Source of the DNA: Azolla caroliniana
Taxonomy: Eukaryota; Plantae; Polypodiophyta
Length of the DNA: 64,000 nucleotides
Reading direction: 5' to 3'
NCBI GenBank assembly: GCA_043228905.1
Contig: JBHGNT010000011.1
Location: 6,820,001-6,884,000, forward strand
The translations under genes were made by a program, and so were the position numbers. The notes beneath the pieces are model-generated. The model was given only the letters and a program-made list of their open reading frames with translations, ran no database searches and had not been told where the DNA came from. The first letter of the stretch is position 1. Every line of letters starts with the position of its first letter. This document shows positions 25,220-38,484 of the stretch, in pieces.

Positions 25220-28200
25220 TCGTTTGAGAACTTGTCGGACCGACCTGTGAAGAAGATAAAGCTCCGCATACAGGGTTCTCCAATTGAAACACAGAACCTA
25301 GTAGCTCCCGAGTCCATGAAGAGAGGAAAAAAGCTTCTCTCCAACGAGGAGTCAAAATCTCAACCACACATTGAGGTTAGCCAAAAGAAACTTGTAGCAA
25401 CTACTAGAGGTGAAGACCTTCCTGACCGTGATCTAACAGACAAGGAATGGTGTATGCAATACGTCGACTCAAAGAAAAAAGTCGTATTGTATACAACAAA
25501 GAAGAAGGGGGAGGGGCAGCTTGGAAAGGAAACCCCATTTATGTATGGCCGTATTCTACGATTTGACTACGAGGATGCAGATTCAGCCAACATACTTGTA
25601 ATGATAGAGTGCTCCAGGGGGGTACGTAAAGTGTTCCTTTAAGAAGATCTTCCAGTAAAGGAATCTTGTGGGCCAGAAGCGTTCAAAAAAGATCTTGAAA
25701 GCTGACAAAACCTTATTGTTACCTAGAGGCCTTATATACAAGGCCATGTAACTCTAAGGGAGGAAGTGCCCTCCCCAGTGAAGGCCACAAAAAGGTATCT
25801 AAAGTACAATCAAGACCACCAAAGAAGAAGAAAACCAAAATGTCGGACTCCGATTCATCAAGTGAAAACGAAGAGGAGGGCACTAAGGGGACGCCAGGAG
25901 CTGGGTTGGCATCGGGTGTGTTGTCATCCGAGCAGAATATGATAAGGAGAGAGTTAATGCAGCGTAAACTGGTCAGGAAAGGGCAAGTGTTTAATTTTCC
26001 TATAACACACATCCATCGGCCCCCCTATTGATGAAAAAACAGGACGAAGACCACTTGAGATTAGAGAGCCACACCGCATGCATGTTCAAAATCTGAAGAA
26101 AAAAATGAAAATTAATCCTCATGCCACTGTGGTGCCTTTTATTGTTATGGTAGATCCTGAAGAATGTGAAACCATTGAAGATTTTGATATTAGAAAGCAT
26201 GATCAATATAATTACTTTGTCATTGGTGGATCGCATTCATCGGAGGCACGTCGGCAACTTGTGAGAGAACATCCAACGACTTTCTTCTTCAAGTATGTCG
26301 AGTGCAAAATTTATGTGGGGCTCACAACTAAAGAGGCAAAGCTGTTGACATGGGACCATAATAATGATAATGACTATAGGTAGAAAATGTCGTCGATTGA
26401 GCGTATAAGGTTCTTCCACCACGGGTATTTGGACGTGAAACAAAAGTTTGGTGTGAAGCTACATCCAGGTCTACGACGTCAATGTCTACATGAAGTCGGT
26501 ATTGTGGTAGATAATAATGTTAAGTCCGATGGTCTTCAAAAATATGAGTCTTGGTTTCAACTGGCCTTTAGAGATGGAGAAGTATGGGACCTATAGGATC
26601 AAATCTTCTCAATGTGGGAGAATAAGGAGGTAAAGGGTCAACGACAAAAGAAATGTAAGGTTGACCCTCAACTAGAGTTAAAGAGACAAGTGGCCAAGAA
26701 AATTGACTTGACAATTGAAGAAGCGGCTGACGACATGAAGCTGTCTCTATGGAGAGCGATGCAAGGTATTAAGGACGAGTAGCTTCTTGTGTTTGTTTTG
26801 TGAAGGGTTGTGGCGAAAGATTTAAGCCTTGAAGAAATTGTCACTGAGTTCAATAAGTAAGTCTTTCAAATACTGATATTGAAGTCTATATGGTGTAATT
26901 CAAAGTTCTAATCTTGATTTCTAATTTTACAGTCATACGGTGTACATGAAGATCCAACAAGTTATGATGAAACAACTTGGATGTATAACTTGGGAACAAG
27001 TGACCGAGGATTATCCTCTAACGTCTTCATATAAGGCTTTATCAGAGTATTTTATTGCATTCAAGGATTGGGTTAGTATTGGTGGTTTTTCATTACGCTT
27101 TCATCATATGTAGAGCTTGTATAATAATACTTGATGTCCTATTGCTTCTATTAGAAACTGTGTCGTGGCAAGAAACAAGGAGAAGTTAAGGATATACACG
27201 ATTTCCCTACATCCTTCCTTGCACATCTCGAGCGAGCCAGAAAAGAAAAGGATCGTCGGTAAGTCAAGGCGTACGAAATGGAGGAAGATGGCTCCTTTAA
27301 AAAATTTAGCCACAAAAAAGATATTACGAGAGATCTTTACTACAATGTGGTTTGCGGTGATGTCGTCGACTTGATCCAAAAAGTGCCAAAGAAGGAATAT
27401 ACGCTAATGATTGCGGATATTCCTTACGGATTTCGAATGGTTGGGTCATCATACGACGATGAACCGTTTAGGTTTAAACAGTTGGAGAAGATGGTCAAGG
27501 ATTTCGTTGAGCTAACGACTGCATCCTTGTGGCGAATAGTTGTCTTTCATAGTATGGACCAAGGGTACTTGGTAGCTCAAGCTTTGAGATCTCGTTGCCA
27601 TGGCATCGAGAACCTTGCATGGTAAGGATTATTTATAGGTGTCATTCACTATATTGCATTTCTTAAGGTTGTTCAATCTATTCTTAACTCGATGTATTAT
27701 TTTTTATAGGATAAAAACCAATGTAAATAAAGGGCCAACTTTTCAGTTCGTTAATGCCATTGAATACATCACGGTGTCGTGCCTTTCGGCTCCGGATCGT
27801 TGCGTGAGTCGGGTGGGAACCACCGGGGTTTTGGACTAGGAGGAGGAAGAATTTGAGGCTAATCTAGTTATGAATATGAATAGATTATAAGAAAGAGATA
27901 TAGAAATTTGTGAATCCCACAAGTATAATTGTTTTAGTTTATCTTAATCGTAGTAATAAATTGAAATAGTTTAAAATAGATTAGAGTAGATTGAGAAAAG
28001 AGATCAAACCTTGTGAATCCCACAAGTATTACATTAATCAATATTTATGTAAGAATATGAATTTAGATTGAAAGAGATAGATTATATAAAACTTCGTGAA
28101 TCCCACGATTCTATTTTATTATTGGTGTTTTAGGAAATATATCCAATTTCCCAAATAATTCACACCCCTTACATTGTGCTCCCCATCCTTATGTAGTGAT

Positions 28201-29300
28201 GAGGGAGTCTTAGTAATCCATGCTTTTCCTCTAACTATAGACTCCATGCTTTTCCTATAGATAGACTATATGCTTTATCTAAATTGATTATGCTTTTTTT
28301 TCTAACTTGTGCGTTTTTTATCGACTATAGCATTCATGCACGCTAGATGTGCATGCGTAGCTTTTTCTTTTAGCATGTGTTTTTCTTTTAACTAAAGTTT
28401 ATCCTAGGTGAACTTACCTTTCTATGTAGGACATCTATTTTTTTAACACTAATGAAATGGTAGTGTAATGGTAAGGTTTCACATTATTAACATGGAGGTG
28501 CAAGGTTTGAATCTTGCCCTATGCATGTATTATTTATTTTGACATTTTCTTCTATTTCTTCATATTTACTAAAACGTTACTTTATAAGTTTTTCATGTAG
28601 TGTATGAAATACACTATTACAACGGTTGGCTACTTCGATGAAATTAAGAAACAAAGAATCAAGGTGCATTCTAATGAAGTGGGAGGTTCAAATCTACTGG
28701 TATATCCAACAGTGACACGGAAATTGCGACATGTCACCACGAGAGAACGGGGACTTGTCAACCCATATCAAAAACCTCAGCGACTTATGATGCGCTTGAT
28801 CGAGATGTTTTCTATCGAAGGAGACTGGATATTAGATCTCTTTTTTGGCACAGGTATTCCTCGAACTAGGGTAACGATCTTGAGATAACCAATACCGAAT
28901 CTCTTTTATTTGACAACTAATTCTTCTTGTTACTTTCTTCACAGGAACGACGTCTGCAAGTGCATTGAAGCTCTTTAGAAATACAGTTGCATTGGAGAAG
29001 GAGCAGGAGCAGGAGCAGGTTATATTTATAAATATGAGGATTAAGGCTTTGTGGGAGTGCCCCAACCAGGATGAGGTCGGTGCAAAGAACCTCGGTAATA
29101 CATAAAGGTTTCAACCTGCTTCGCGAGAGCCTATTCCTCCGTTAGCCGGCGAACGGGGGGAGTTAATAGAGCTTGATGATGAGCTTATAAAAGATATTTC
29201 ATTGGCTCGGCTAACAGGGGAAGCCAATGCACGTATAGCCGAAGAGAGTTCTACACAAGATGATGAAGAAAATGACATTGATGAATTGATTACTATGTAA
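25220..29300 (+). pseudogene. Spliced gene: ParB/Srx-like domain fused to beta-class DNA N6-adenine/N4-cytosine methyltransferase; inactivated
   Basis: Frame-preserving GT-AG introns 26857-26932, 27072-27154, 27622-27709, 28854-28944. Motifs YFVIGGSHSSEARRQL (ParB-like), CGDVVDLIQKVP..YTLMIADIPY, AWIKTN..NAIEYI, NPYQKPQRLMMRLIEMFS.EGDWILDLFFGTGTTSASALKLFRNTVALEKE. Several premature stops, two frameshifts and a solo-LTR insertion. Confidence 0.85.
27775..28621. mobile_element. Solo LTR (847 bp) with 4-bp TSD ACGG inserted in the methyltransferase exon
   Basis: TGTCGT...ATTACA termini; ACGG at 27771-27774 and 28622-28625; removal restores EYITV-GYFDE. Confidence 0.88.
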
Positions 29301-29760
29301 TAGACTCTATGAAGAAAATGACACTGACGATTTGTTTGGATTTCACATTATTAATACAAATTTTGGGTTTTACTTGGTGGATTCTATTCTTTATAATCTT
29401 CTATATGTTTCAATTTAATTTTTATATACTTGGTTAGTAGACTTATGACATTGGTTGCACCGCATGCATAGCTGACTACCAAATTTATGGAGAAACATGA
29501 ATTGGTTTAAATTGAGGTTGATTTTGGTCCAAGCTAACCTTAACATAACATGGTCGTACAATTGTTGCCATGACTGTCCATGTTGTTATTATGGATCTTT
29601 GTCTTCTATTGTTAAAACTATTATGTTTCTATTCCATTGGTGCTTAGATTGTGTAGTGTGTTGATAATGGTTCCACTAGCATTATCCGCATGTTTTTATA
29701 CGCTTGTAGTTCCACTTGCGTTATCGTTCGGAGTTTGATCCTGTGTGAATCACCTAAGCA

Positions 29761-30008
29761 ATAGAGTAGATCAATTTTAAATACAGGTATGAAAGCCTTA
29801 ATAGGTTTGTTATTTCCAGGACATTATCCAAAAGTTCACTACCTTACATTGTCCACAATTATATACATATGGTTTGATCCCATACGAACAAACTGAGGAA
29901 TAGATTAGATCAACTTTAAATACAAGTATTGAATACTTTAATAAGTTAGTTATTCCAATCACATTATCCTAAAGTGCACTATCCTACATTGTCCACAATT
30001 ATATACAT
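29761..30008. repeat. Imperfect ~110-bp direct repeat x2 downstream of the methyltransferase gene
   Basis: atagagtagatcaa...acattgtccacaattatatacat at ~29761-29868 and ~29899-30008. Confidence 0.75.
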
Positions 30009-30031
30009 GCACATATGGGTCAAAGTATAAA

Positions 30032-32487
30032 ATCGATGCGGCAAGGGCGATGCTGGAGGAGAAGAGCATGCCCCATTTCTACTGGGCGGAGGCGGTCCGG
30101 ACGACCATCTACATCCAAAACCGGATCGGTGACAAGGTGTCCGCGCATGAGCTGTATTTCAGGAGCAAGCCGAATCTGAGACACCTTCGGATATTCTGCA
30201 GCATAGCATATGTGCATGTGACGGATGAGAAGCGGAGGAAGCTGGATTCAAAATTGGAAAAGTGCATCCTCGTCGGCTACTCACATGAGCAAAAGGGGTA
30301 TAAGTGTTATAACCCTCGGACGAAGCAGGTCCGAGTTAGCCATGATGTCGAGTACAAGGCACGGTTAGTGGCGAAGGGATACACGCAGACCCACGGAATC
30401 GACTACGACGAGACCTTTGCTCCGGTAGCGAAGATGAAGACAGTTCGTGTCGTGCTAGCGGTTGCTGCGGCAAAGGGGTGGCATCTTCACCTCTTCAAGG
30501 CGATCTTGAAGAAGAGGTCTTTATGACCCAACCGCCCGGTTTTCAGTCGGAGATGAACAAGTCGGCGGTATGCCGGCTGAAGAAGTCACTTTATGGCTTG
30601 AAGCAAGCCCCCGAGCTTGGAATGCGAAGATCACGCACCGGTTGTGTAAGATGGGGTTGTGGCCTCCAAATGCGACTCTTCACTGTTCATCTGGCAAGGA
30701 CTAGACGGTCTGGTTTGCATCTTGTTGTATGTCGATGATCTGGTCATCACCGGACCCGGACTCGATGAAATCAGCCGAGTCAAGTCCCAGCTGTCGGACG
30801 CATTTGAGATGAAGGACCTGGGGGTCCTTCACTATTTCCTTGGGATCGAGGTGATCCGAACCCCCTGATGGCATATTGCTCTCAGAAAGACACTATGTGT
30901 TGAATATGTTGTACAAGTTCGGCATGACAAAATGCTGACCTGTCTCAACACCCCTGGACCGGAACTAGAAGCTCTGCCCCGACTCCGGACCGGCCTGTGA
31001 TGAGAAACGGTTCCGACAAATTGTCGGAAGCCTTATATATTTGACCATCACCCGACCCAACCTCAGCTACCCGTTCGGTGTGATTAGCCAATTCATGCAG
31101 AAGCCGATAGTAGAGCATCTTGAGTGCGCGCATCGAGTTTTGCGATATGTAAGAGGCACGAAGGACCGGGGACTGTTATACCTGCATGATATAATCGAAG
31201 AGCTAGTCGGCTACACTGATGCCGACTGGGCCGGCGATGCATCAGATCGCCGATCCACCTCCGGCTACATGTTTTCCCTAGGTAGCACAACTATTGCGTG
31301 GAGTAGCAAAAAGCAGCCAACAGTGGCTCTGTCGAGCACTGAGGCTGAGTATCGAGGCGCTACCGTTGCCAACTTTGAAGCCATTTGGCTTCGGCGACTA
31401 CTGCAAGACCTACGGATTGAGGTGCCGACCCCAATCCTGATCTACTGTGACAACATAAGCAGCATGCAGGTCGCCAAGCAACCCATATTCCCCGCTCGCA
31501 CTAAGCACATAGAAGTGCACTACCATTTCGTTCGTGAACGTGTCCTGAGCGGTGAAGTCGAACTTCGATATGTTCATACGGATCAGCAAGTTGCTGACAT
31601 CTTCACCAAACCACTCGGATCAGACAAGTTACAAAAATTCACCGAAATGCTTGGTGTTCAGCATCTCGATGTGCTACACTTGAGGGGGAGAACGAGCAAA
31701 GACACCGGAACGGGCAAAGGAAAAGAGATTGTCGATTGCGCCAGTAAGGGAAGAACCAACAAAGCTAGAAATGGTCCAATGTGGTGAAGGGCCTGGAACC
31801 AAAAGACGAATCGGGAGCAACCGATTCGGACAAGAGCTGGAACGAATCGGAGACACCTGATTCGGTTCTATAGAAGGATTCGGAAGAACCGGATCAATTC
31901 ACAACAGAAGTCACAACAGCGAGGGAGCTGAATTGGGCCTATTCAGCAGACAAGCCGACCAAGGAGGTCGAGGTGCACTGGAACAGAAGGGTTGCGCCAA
32001 ACAGGACCGGACCGGACGAGGAGCGCGAGTGAGGCGGAGTGACGCCAGAAGAAGCCAGGTGGAAAGACCGACTACCATGGAGACTGACACTATGATCCGA
32101 CCTAGGGTTGAGCTTGAGGGGGAGTGTTGAGCGGCAAACTCTACTGGATCCGGATCGGCTGAATAAGCCTGAGCCGGATCCATCAGTAACTGGACGCCTA
32201 GTAGCAGCTAGACTACTATGGAGTTAATAGTCTCATAGTCAGTGCTAGACGCTCGAGTGAGCATTGAAGTACACGGTACTTCTATCACTCCTCTCAGGAC
32301 CTGTATAAATAGTGTTGTTGAGCACGTTTCATGTACATAGAACCATTATTGTTTCGTAATTGATTAAAACGTTCTGCTCTCTTTGTCTCTCCCGAGTACT
32401 CTCTGTATTTTGTGTATTATTCTCTCTCTCTCTCCCTACTGCTACGTAGCCAAGTTGTTGTCTTACGCTTCCGCACATAATCTTTCA
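30032..32487 (+). mobile_element. 5'-truncated, internally deleted Copia (IN-RT-RNaseH + 3' LTR 32125-32487)
   Basis: Integrase tail fused to [47 protein letters not shown]...TTTCA. Confidence 0.9.
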
Positions 32488-35069
32488 CAAATCTCTTGTC
32501 ATCTCCTAGGGTATTTTTGTTCGATCCACCGGATTCTCTACCCCTTTCGAACACTCGGGGGCGTCCAGTGGGTCATCAGCGAGCAAGACTCATATTACCA
32601 TGATCTCGTCCGAGTGTACTCACGATTTTTCCCGTTCATACCTGGACGAACTTCATCCCATCATGTGTATTGGTGACGAAACCGGGCCATGTTTTTTACA
32701 TTCCGGTCTAAGATCCGAACAAATAGTACATAGGTTAACATCCTCCAAAACCAGGATGTCATTGTAGTATAGTGGTGAGTATTTCCGGATGTCACGCAGG
32801 TGACCCAGGTTCGATCCCCGACAACGGTGCGAATCTCCTGTCATCTCCTAGGGTATTGTTGTTCGATCCGCCAGATTCTCTACTCCTTTTGAACACTTGG
32901 GGGCGTACAGTGGGTCGTTACAGAGGCAAGGCCCATATTACCATGATCTCGTGCGAGTGCACACACGCATATTCCCGTTCATACGCGGACGAACTTCGTC
33001 GCATTACATGTATTGGCGACGAAACCGGACCACGTTTTCGATATTCCGGTACATTGTCTGAACGAGTAGTACATAGGATACATCCTCCAACACCAGGATG
33101 TCATTGCAATATAGACGTGAGTATTCCTACCTATCACGTGGGTGACCCGGGTTCGATCCCCGACAACGTTGCAAATGGTGGTTTGAATCTGGTGTCATCT
33201 CCTAGTCTAATGTTGTTCGATCCGCCGTATTCTCTACTCCTTTTCAACACTTGGGGGCGTACAATGGGTCTTCTGCGAGGCACGACCCATATTACCATCA
33301 CCTCATGCGAGTGCACACATGGGTAATCATGTTCATACGCGGACGAACTTCGTCGCATATCGTGTATTGGTGACGAAACCGGGCCACATTTTCAAACTTC
33401 CGGTACATGGTCCGAACGAGTAGTACAGAGGATACTTCCTCCAACACTACGATGTCGTTGTAGTATACTAGTGACTAATTCCTCTTCTCATGTGGGTGAC
33501 CCGGGTTCGATTCCCGTCAACGGTGCGAAGAGGATGGTTCTTCCAACACCAGGATATCATTGTAGTATAGAAGTGAATAATCTTGGCCGTCACACGGGTG
33601 ACCCGGGTTCGATCCTTTGCAACGGCGTGAAGGGTGGTTTGAATCTCTTGTCATCTCCTAGGGTATTGTTGATTGATCCGCCCGATTCTCTACCCCTTTT
33701 GAACACTTGGGGGCGTCCAGTGGATCGTTAGCGAGAAAGGCTCATATTACCATAATCTCATCCAAGTGTACTCAAGGTTTTTCCCGTTCATACGTGGACG
33801 AACTTCGCCCCACAATGTGCATTGGCGACGAAACCGGGCCATGTTTTCGACATTCCAGTCTATGGTCCGAACGAGTAGTACATAGGATACTTCCTCCAAC
33901 ACCAAGATGTCGTTGTAGTGTAGTGGTGAGTATTCCCGCCTGTCACGCGGGTGACCAGGGTTTGATCCCGGGCAATGACGCGAATGGCGGTGCAAATCTC
34001 GTTTTATCCCCTAAGGTATTGTTGCTCGATCCGCCGGATTCTCTACTCCTTTTGAACACATGGGGGCGTACAGTAGGTCGTGAGCAAGGCAGGGCCCATA
34101 TTACCATGATCTCGTGCGAGTGCAAACACGGGTATTCCCGTTCATACACAGACGAATTTCGTTGCATAACATGTATTGGCGACGAAAGCGGACCATGTTT
34201 TCGACATTCCAGTACATTGTCCGAATGACTAGTACATAGGATACTTCCTCCAACACCAGGATGTCATTGTAGTATAGTTGTGAGTATTGTTGCTTGTCAC
34301 GCGGGTGACGCGGGTTCGATTCCCAGCAACGGCGCAAATGGTAGTGCGAATCTCGTGTCATCACGTAGAGTATTGTTGTTCGTTCCGCCGGATTGTCTAC
34401 ACCTTTTGAACACTTGGGGGCGTTCAGTGGGTCGTCTGGGAGGCATGGCCCATATAACCATGATCTGGTTCGAGTGCACACAGGGGTAATCATATTCATA
34501 CGCAGACGAACTTCATCACATAGCGTGTATTGGCGACGAAACTGGGCTATGTTTTCGATGTTCCGGTACATGACAGAACGAGTAGTATAGAGGTAACTTC
34601 CGCCAACACCAGGATGTCGTTGTAGTATACTAGTGACTAATTCCGCTTTTCATGTGGGTGACCTAGGTTCGATTCTCGTCAATGGTGGGAATCAACTGTC
34701 ATCTCCTAGGGCACTTTTGTTGGCTTCGCCAAAATCTCTACCCCCTTCGAACACTCTAGGGTGTAGAGTGGGTCATTCGCGAGGAAGGCTCATATTACCA
34801 TCATATCGTCAAGGTGTACTCACGGTTTTTCCTCTTCCTACGCGGATGAAGTTCGTCCCATCCCATAACCTGTAGTGGTGATGAAACCGGGCCACGTTTT
34901 TGACACTAGGATCTTGTTGTAGTATAGTGGTGAGTACTCATGCCTATCATGCAGGTGACCAAGGTTCGATCCCCTGCAACGGCCCGAAACGCGGGGTGAA
35001 TGAACTGTCATCTCCCAGGTGATTTTTGCTCGCTCCGCCGGATTCTCTACCCCTTTCGAACACCTGGGG
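32488..35069 (+). repeat. tRNA-Asp tandem repeat, ~8 units
   Basis: Same unit on +. Confidence 0.92.
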
Positions 35070-36557
35070 ATCTTCACACCGGTTCCGGAGACTCCGGATG
35101 TTCGGCCAACGTGGCGGCAAGGAACGGGACTCGACATCGACAAAGGTCGGTAAGACGGGGCAGACGATGTGTGAAACCCTTACCGACCGGTTACGGTTTC
35201 GGAAGGAGTCGGTAGGGGCAAACACGGGGAGGTGTGTCGGGCCGGAAAGGCACACTTGGGGCGGAACAAGAGTCTTGCAAGTGCCATCGCAGGCCAGATC
35301 GAAGCGCGACTATGGGACGGTGTTCGGCACGGGTGGTGCCGAACGAAGGAAGTGGAAGACGGCACACGGAGGTGCCGGAGCGGAAAGGTGAGTGTGAAGA
35401 ATGGGTTGCACAATTTAGAGGTCGCGCGTAGAAGACCGGAAAAGGATCCTCCACACTATTCCGAAGACCTTGGCAGTCCGAGCCGGCGTAGCGATGTAAG
35501 ACCAAGGAGAAGGAAGGTGGCGGCGAGGGGACGAAGGCAGTGAGAACAACGCGGGACAACAATCAGGACCATGGGAATGGTCGACGGAGGCCAGGCAGGC
35601 CACTACGGACGTTCCTCAAGCGAAGGACATCGGGCGTACGACGGAGAGCAGAGCGTGCATATAGCCGAACAAGGGCCAACAAAAGGATGCGTACTACGGA
35701 GATCGCGGCGAAAGACCCATCGACGGGTCGAACGAGCCTACGGGGAGGTAAGTGCGAAGGAAGAACCGAAGCCGACGATTCAAATCGGCAGCGAGCCGGG
35801 ATGTTGGACGTGCGGTTTGGTGGGGGCAGATGTCGTGAAGAATATCGGCCAGAGGCGGAAATCGGGAAAATGTTGGCTACATCGACGAGGTGCAGCAGGT
35901 GCAGTCACCCTTGTACATTTAGTATGAATAACGAGGGTGCATTTATGGCGCCGAACAGTAGTTAAGTCGAGGTTATCCCACATTGTAACGCATCCCTCTC
36001 CTTGTTCTATAAAAGGAAGGGAGCGCCCCTTTACGAAGGGGTTGCCCATTTTGTATTAGTAGGGTATACCATTAAATGGAGAGATGTTCTCTCTTCCTCT
36101 CTCTCTCTTGTTTTCGGGTCTCTTCTTCTTCTCCTCCTGTGCTTCTTCTTCGTCAGTCTATGAGTCTAGCTTGATACCTGCAAGTTCGGTATCTGCACTG
36201 TCTGTTGTGCAAGACCCCGCTCGGCACGACGAGCCCGTGAGCTCCCAACTGGCAGCTTGGCAGTAGACGACTATTGTATCTTGCTTCATGTAAGTATGGA
36301 AGATTCTGCGTTTTTGGTGTCTACGTGGGTGTTTTAGTGTTTCCTTACTTCTATTTCTGTACATAAGCGTGAGTGGGGTCGGCACTATGTGTGTGCGTGT
36401 GTTGCCTAGGGGTGCGCACGTATTCTTCTCTCCCTCCTTTTGGGTTGTTTCCGGCGTCCCAGAAATGGTGAATCACGACTTCCTACGCTCGGTCCCTCCC
36501 TAGTCCAAGAACCCCGTCGTCCCGCACTTCTACACGCACGCGCGAAACTTCGCGACA
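35070..36557 (+). mobile_element. GC-rich non-coding LTR-like segment at the array inversion point
   Basis: CTATAAAAGG at ~36008, pyrimidine-rich R/U5-like tract, ends CGCGACA; left end ragged, no TSD. Confidence 0.5.
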
Positions 36558-38412
36558 CCGCGTGACAGGCGGGAATGCTCACCACTATACTACAACGACA
36601 TGTTGGTGTTGGAGGAAGTATCCTTTGTACTACTGGCTCGGACCATGTACTGGAATGTCCAAAACATGGCCCGGTTTCGTCACAAATACATGTTGTGCGA
36701 AGATGTTCGTCCACATAAGGACTGCAATACCCATGTGTGCACTCGGACTAGATCATGGTAGTATGGGCCCTCTCTCGCTAGCACCCCACTGTACAACCCC
36801 AAGTGTTTGAAAGGGATCGAGAATCCAACGAAGCGAGCAAGAATGCCCTAGAAGATGACAAGAAATTCGCCACATCCTTCGCGCCGTTGCCGGGGATCGA
36901 ACTTGGGTCACCCGCATGACAGGCTGTAATATTCCCAACTATACTACAACAACATGTTCATGTTGGAGGATATATCCTCTCTACTACCTGGTCGGAACAT
37001 GTACCGGAATGTCGAAAATATAGCCTGGTTTCGTCGCCAATGCATGTTATGTGACGATGTTCGTCCACATATGAACTAGAATACCCATGTGTGCACTCGG
37101 CCGAGATCATGGTAATATAGTCCCTCCCTTGCTGACGACCCAACGCCGCCAAGTGTTTTAAAGGGATAGAGAATCCAACGGACCGAGAAAAAATGCCCTC
37201 AAGGATGACATTAGATTTGCCACGCACTTCGCACCGTTGCCGGGGATCAAACCCTGGTCACCCGCGGGACAAGCGGGAATACTCACCACTATACTACAAC
37301 GACATGTTGGTGTTGGAGGAAGCATCCTCTGTACTACTTGCTCGAACCATGTACCGGAATGTTGCAAACATGGCCCTGATCGTCGCAAATACATGTTATG
37401 CGAATATGTTCGTCCGCATATGAACTATAATAGCCATATGTGCACTCGGACGAGCTCATGGTCCATATAGGCCCTCGTTCGCTTACAACCCAATGTAAGC
37501 CAACTGAGAATCCAACGGAGGGAGCAAGAATGCCCAAGAAGCGGACAGGAAATTCGCCCCGTCCTTCGCGTCGTTGTCGGGGGTCGAAACCGGGTTACCC
37601 GCGTGACAGGCGGGAATACTCACCACTATACTACAACGACATGTTGCTGTTGGAGGATATATCCCCTGTACTACTTGCTCGGACCATGTACCGGAATGTC
37701 GAGAATATAGCCCGGTTTCGTCGCCAATGCATGTTATGTGACAATGTTCATCCGCATATGAACTGGAATAGCCATGTGTGCACTCGGACGAGGTCATGGT
37801 AATATAGTCCCTCTCTCGCTGACGACCCACTATACGCCCCCAAGTGTTTGAAAGGGATAGAGAATACAACGGACCGAGAAAGAATGCCCTCGTAGATGAC
37901 AGGAAATTTGCCATGCCCTTCCATTCATTGCCGGAGATCTAACCTGGGTCACCCGCTGTAGTATAGTTGGAATACTCCCCCCTATACTACAACGACATGT
38001 TGGTGTTGGAGAAAGTATTCTTTGTACTACTGGCTCGGACCATGTACCGGAATGTCGAAAATATAGCCATGTTGAAAATACAGGTTACGTGACAACCGGG
38101 AATACTCAACACTATACTACAACGACATGTTGGTCTTGGACGATATATCCTCTGTACTATTGGCTCGGACCATGTACTTAAATATCGAAAACATGGCCCG
38201 GTTTTGTCACAAATACATGTTGTACGAAGATGTTCGTCCACAAATGAACTGCAATACCCATGTGTGCACTCAGACTAGATCATGGTAGTATGTATGGGCC
38301 CTCTATCGTTGACATCTCACTGTACGCCCCCAAGAGTTTGAAAAGGATAGAGAATCCAATGGAGTGAGCAAGAATGCCCTAAAAGATGACAATAAATTCG
38401 CAACGTCCTTCG

Positions 38413-38484
38413 CGCCGTTGCCGGGGAACGAACCCGGGTCACCCGCATGACAGGCGGGAATACTCACCACTATACTACAACGAC
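38413..38484 (-). tRNA. tRNA-Asp(GTC) copy, near consensus but A58>T in the B box (likely pseudogene)
   Basis: All stems pair; T loop reads TTCGTTC. Confidence 0.55.

Larger units (their letters stand above)
24495..30030 (+). mobile_element. Putative DNA-transposon-like element carrying a ParB-methyltransferase gene; right end truncated, no transposase visible
   Basis: Abrupt break inside a tRNA unit at 24494, CACTG at 24521, subterminal palindrome array, AT-rich unique sequence. Confidence 0.5.

Noticed and set aside
25440-25700. Tudor/chromo-like reader domain at the N-terminus of the ParB-MTase
   Set aside because: Only a vague beta-strand pattern (YGRILRFDY..ILVMIE); cannot be supported without a profile search
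25091-29300. Bacterial contamination or prophage as the source of the MTase
   Set aside because: The gene has four spliceosomal-type introns, contains an LTR insertion with TSD, and is contiguous with plant repeats
35026-36049. Overlapping 100-140 aa ORFs
   Set aside because: GC-rich LTR-like DNA, no recognisable motifs, open in several frames
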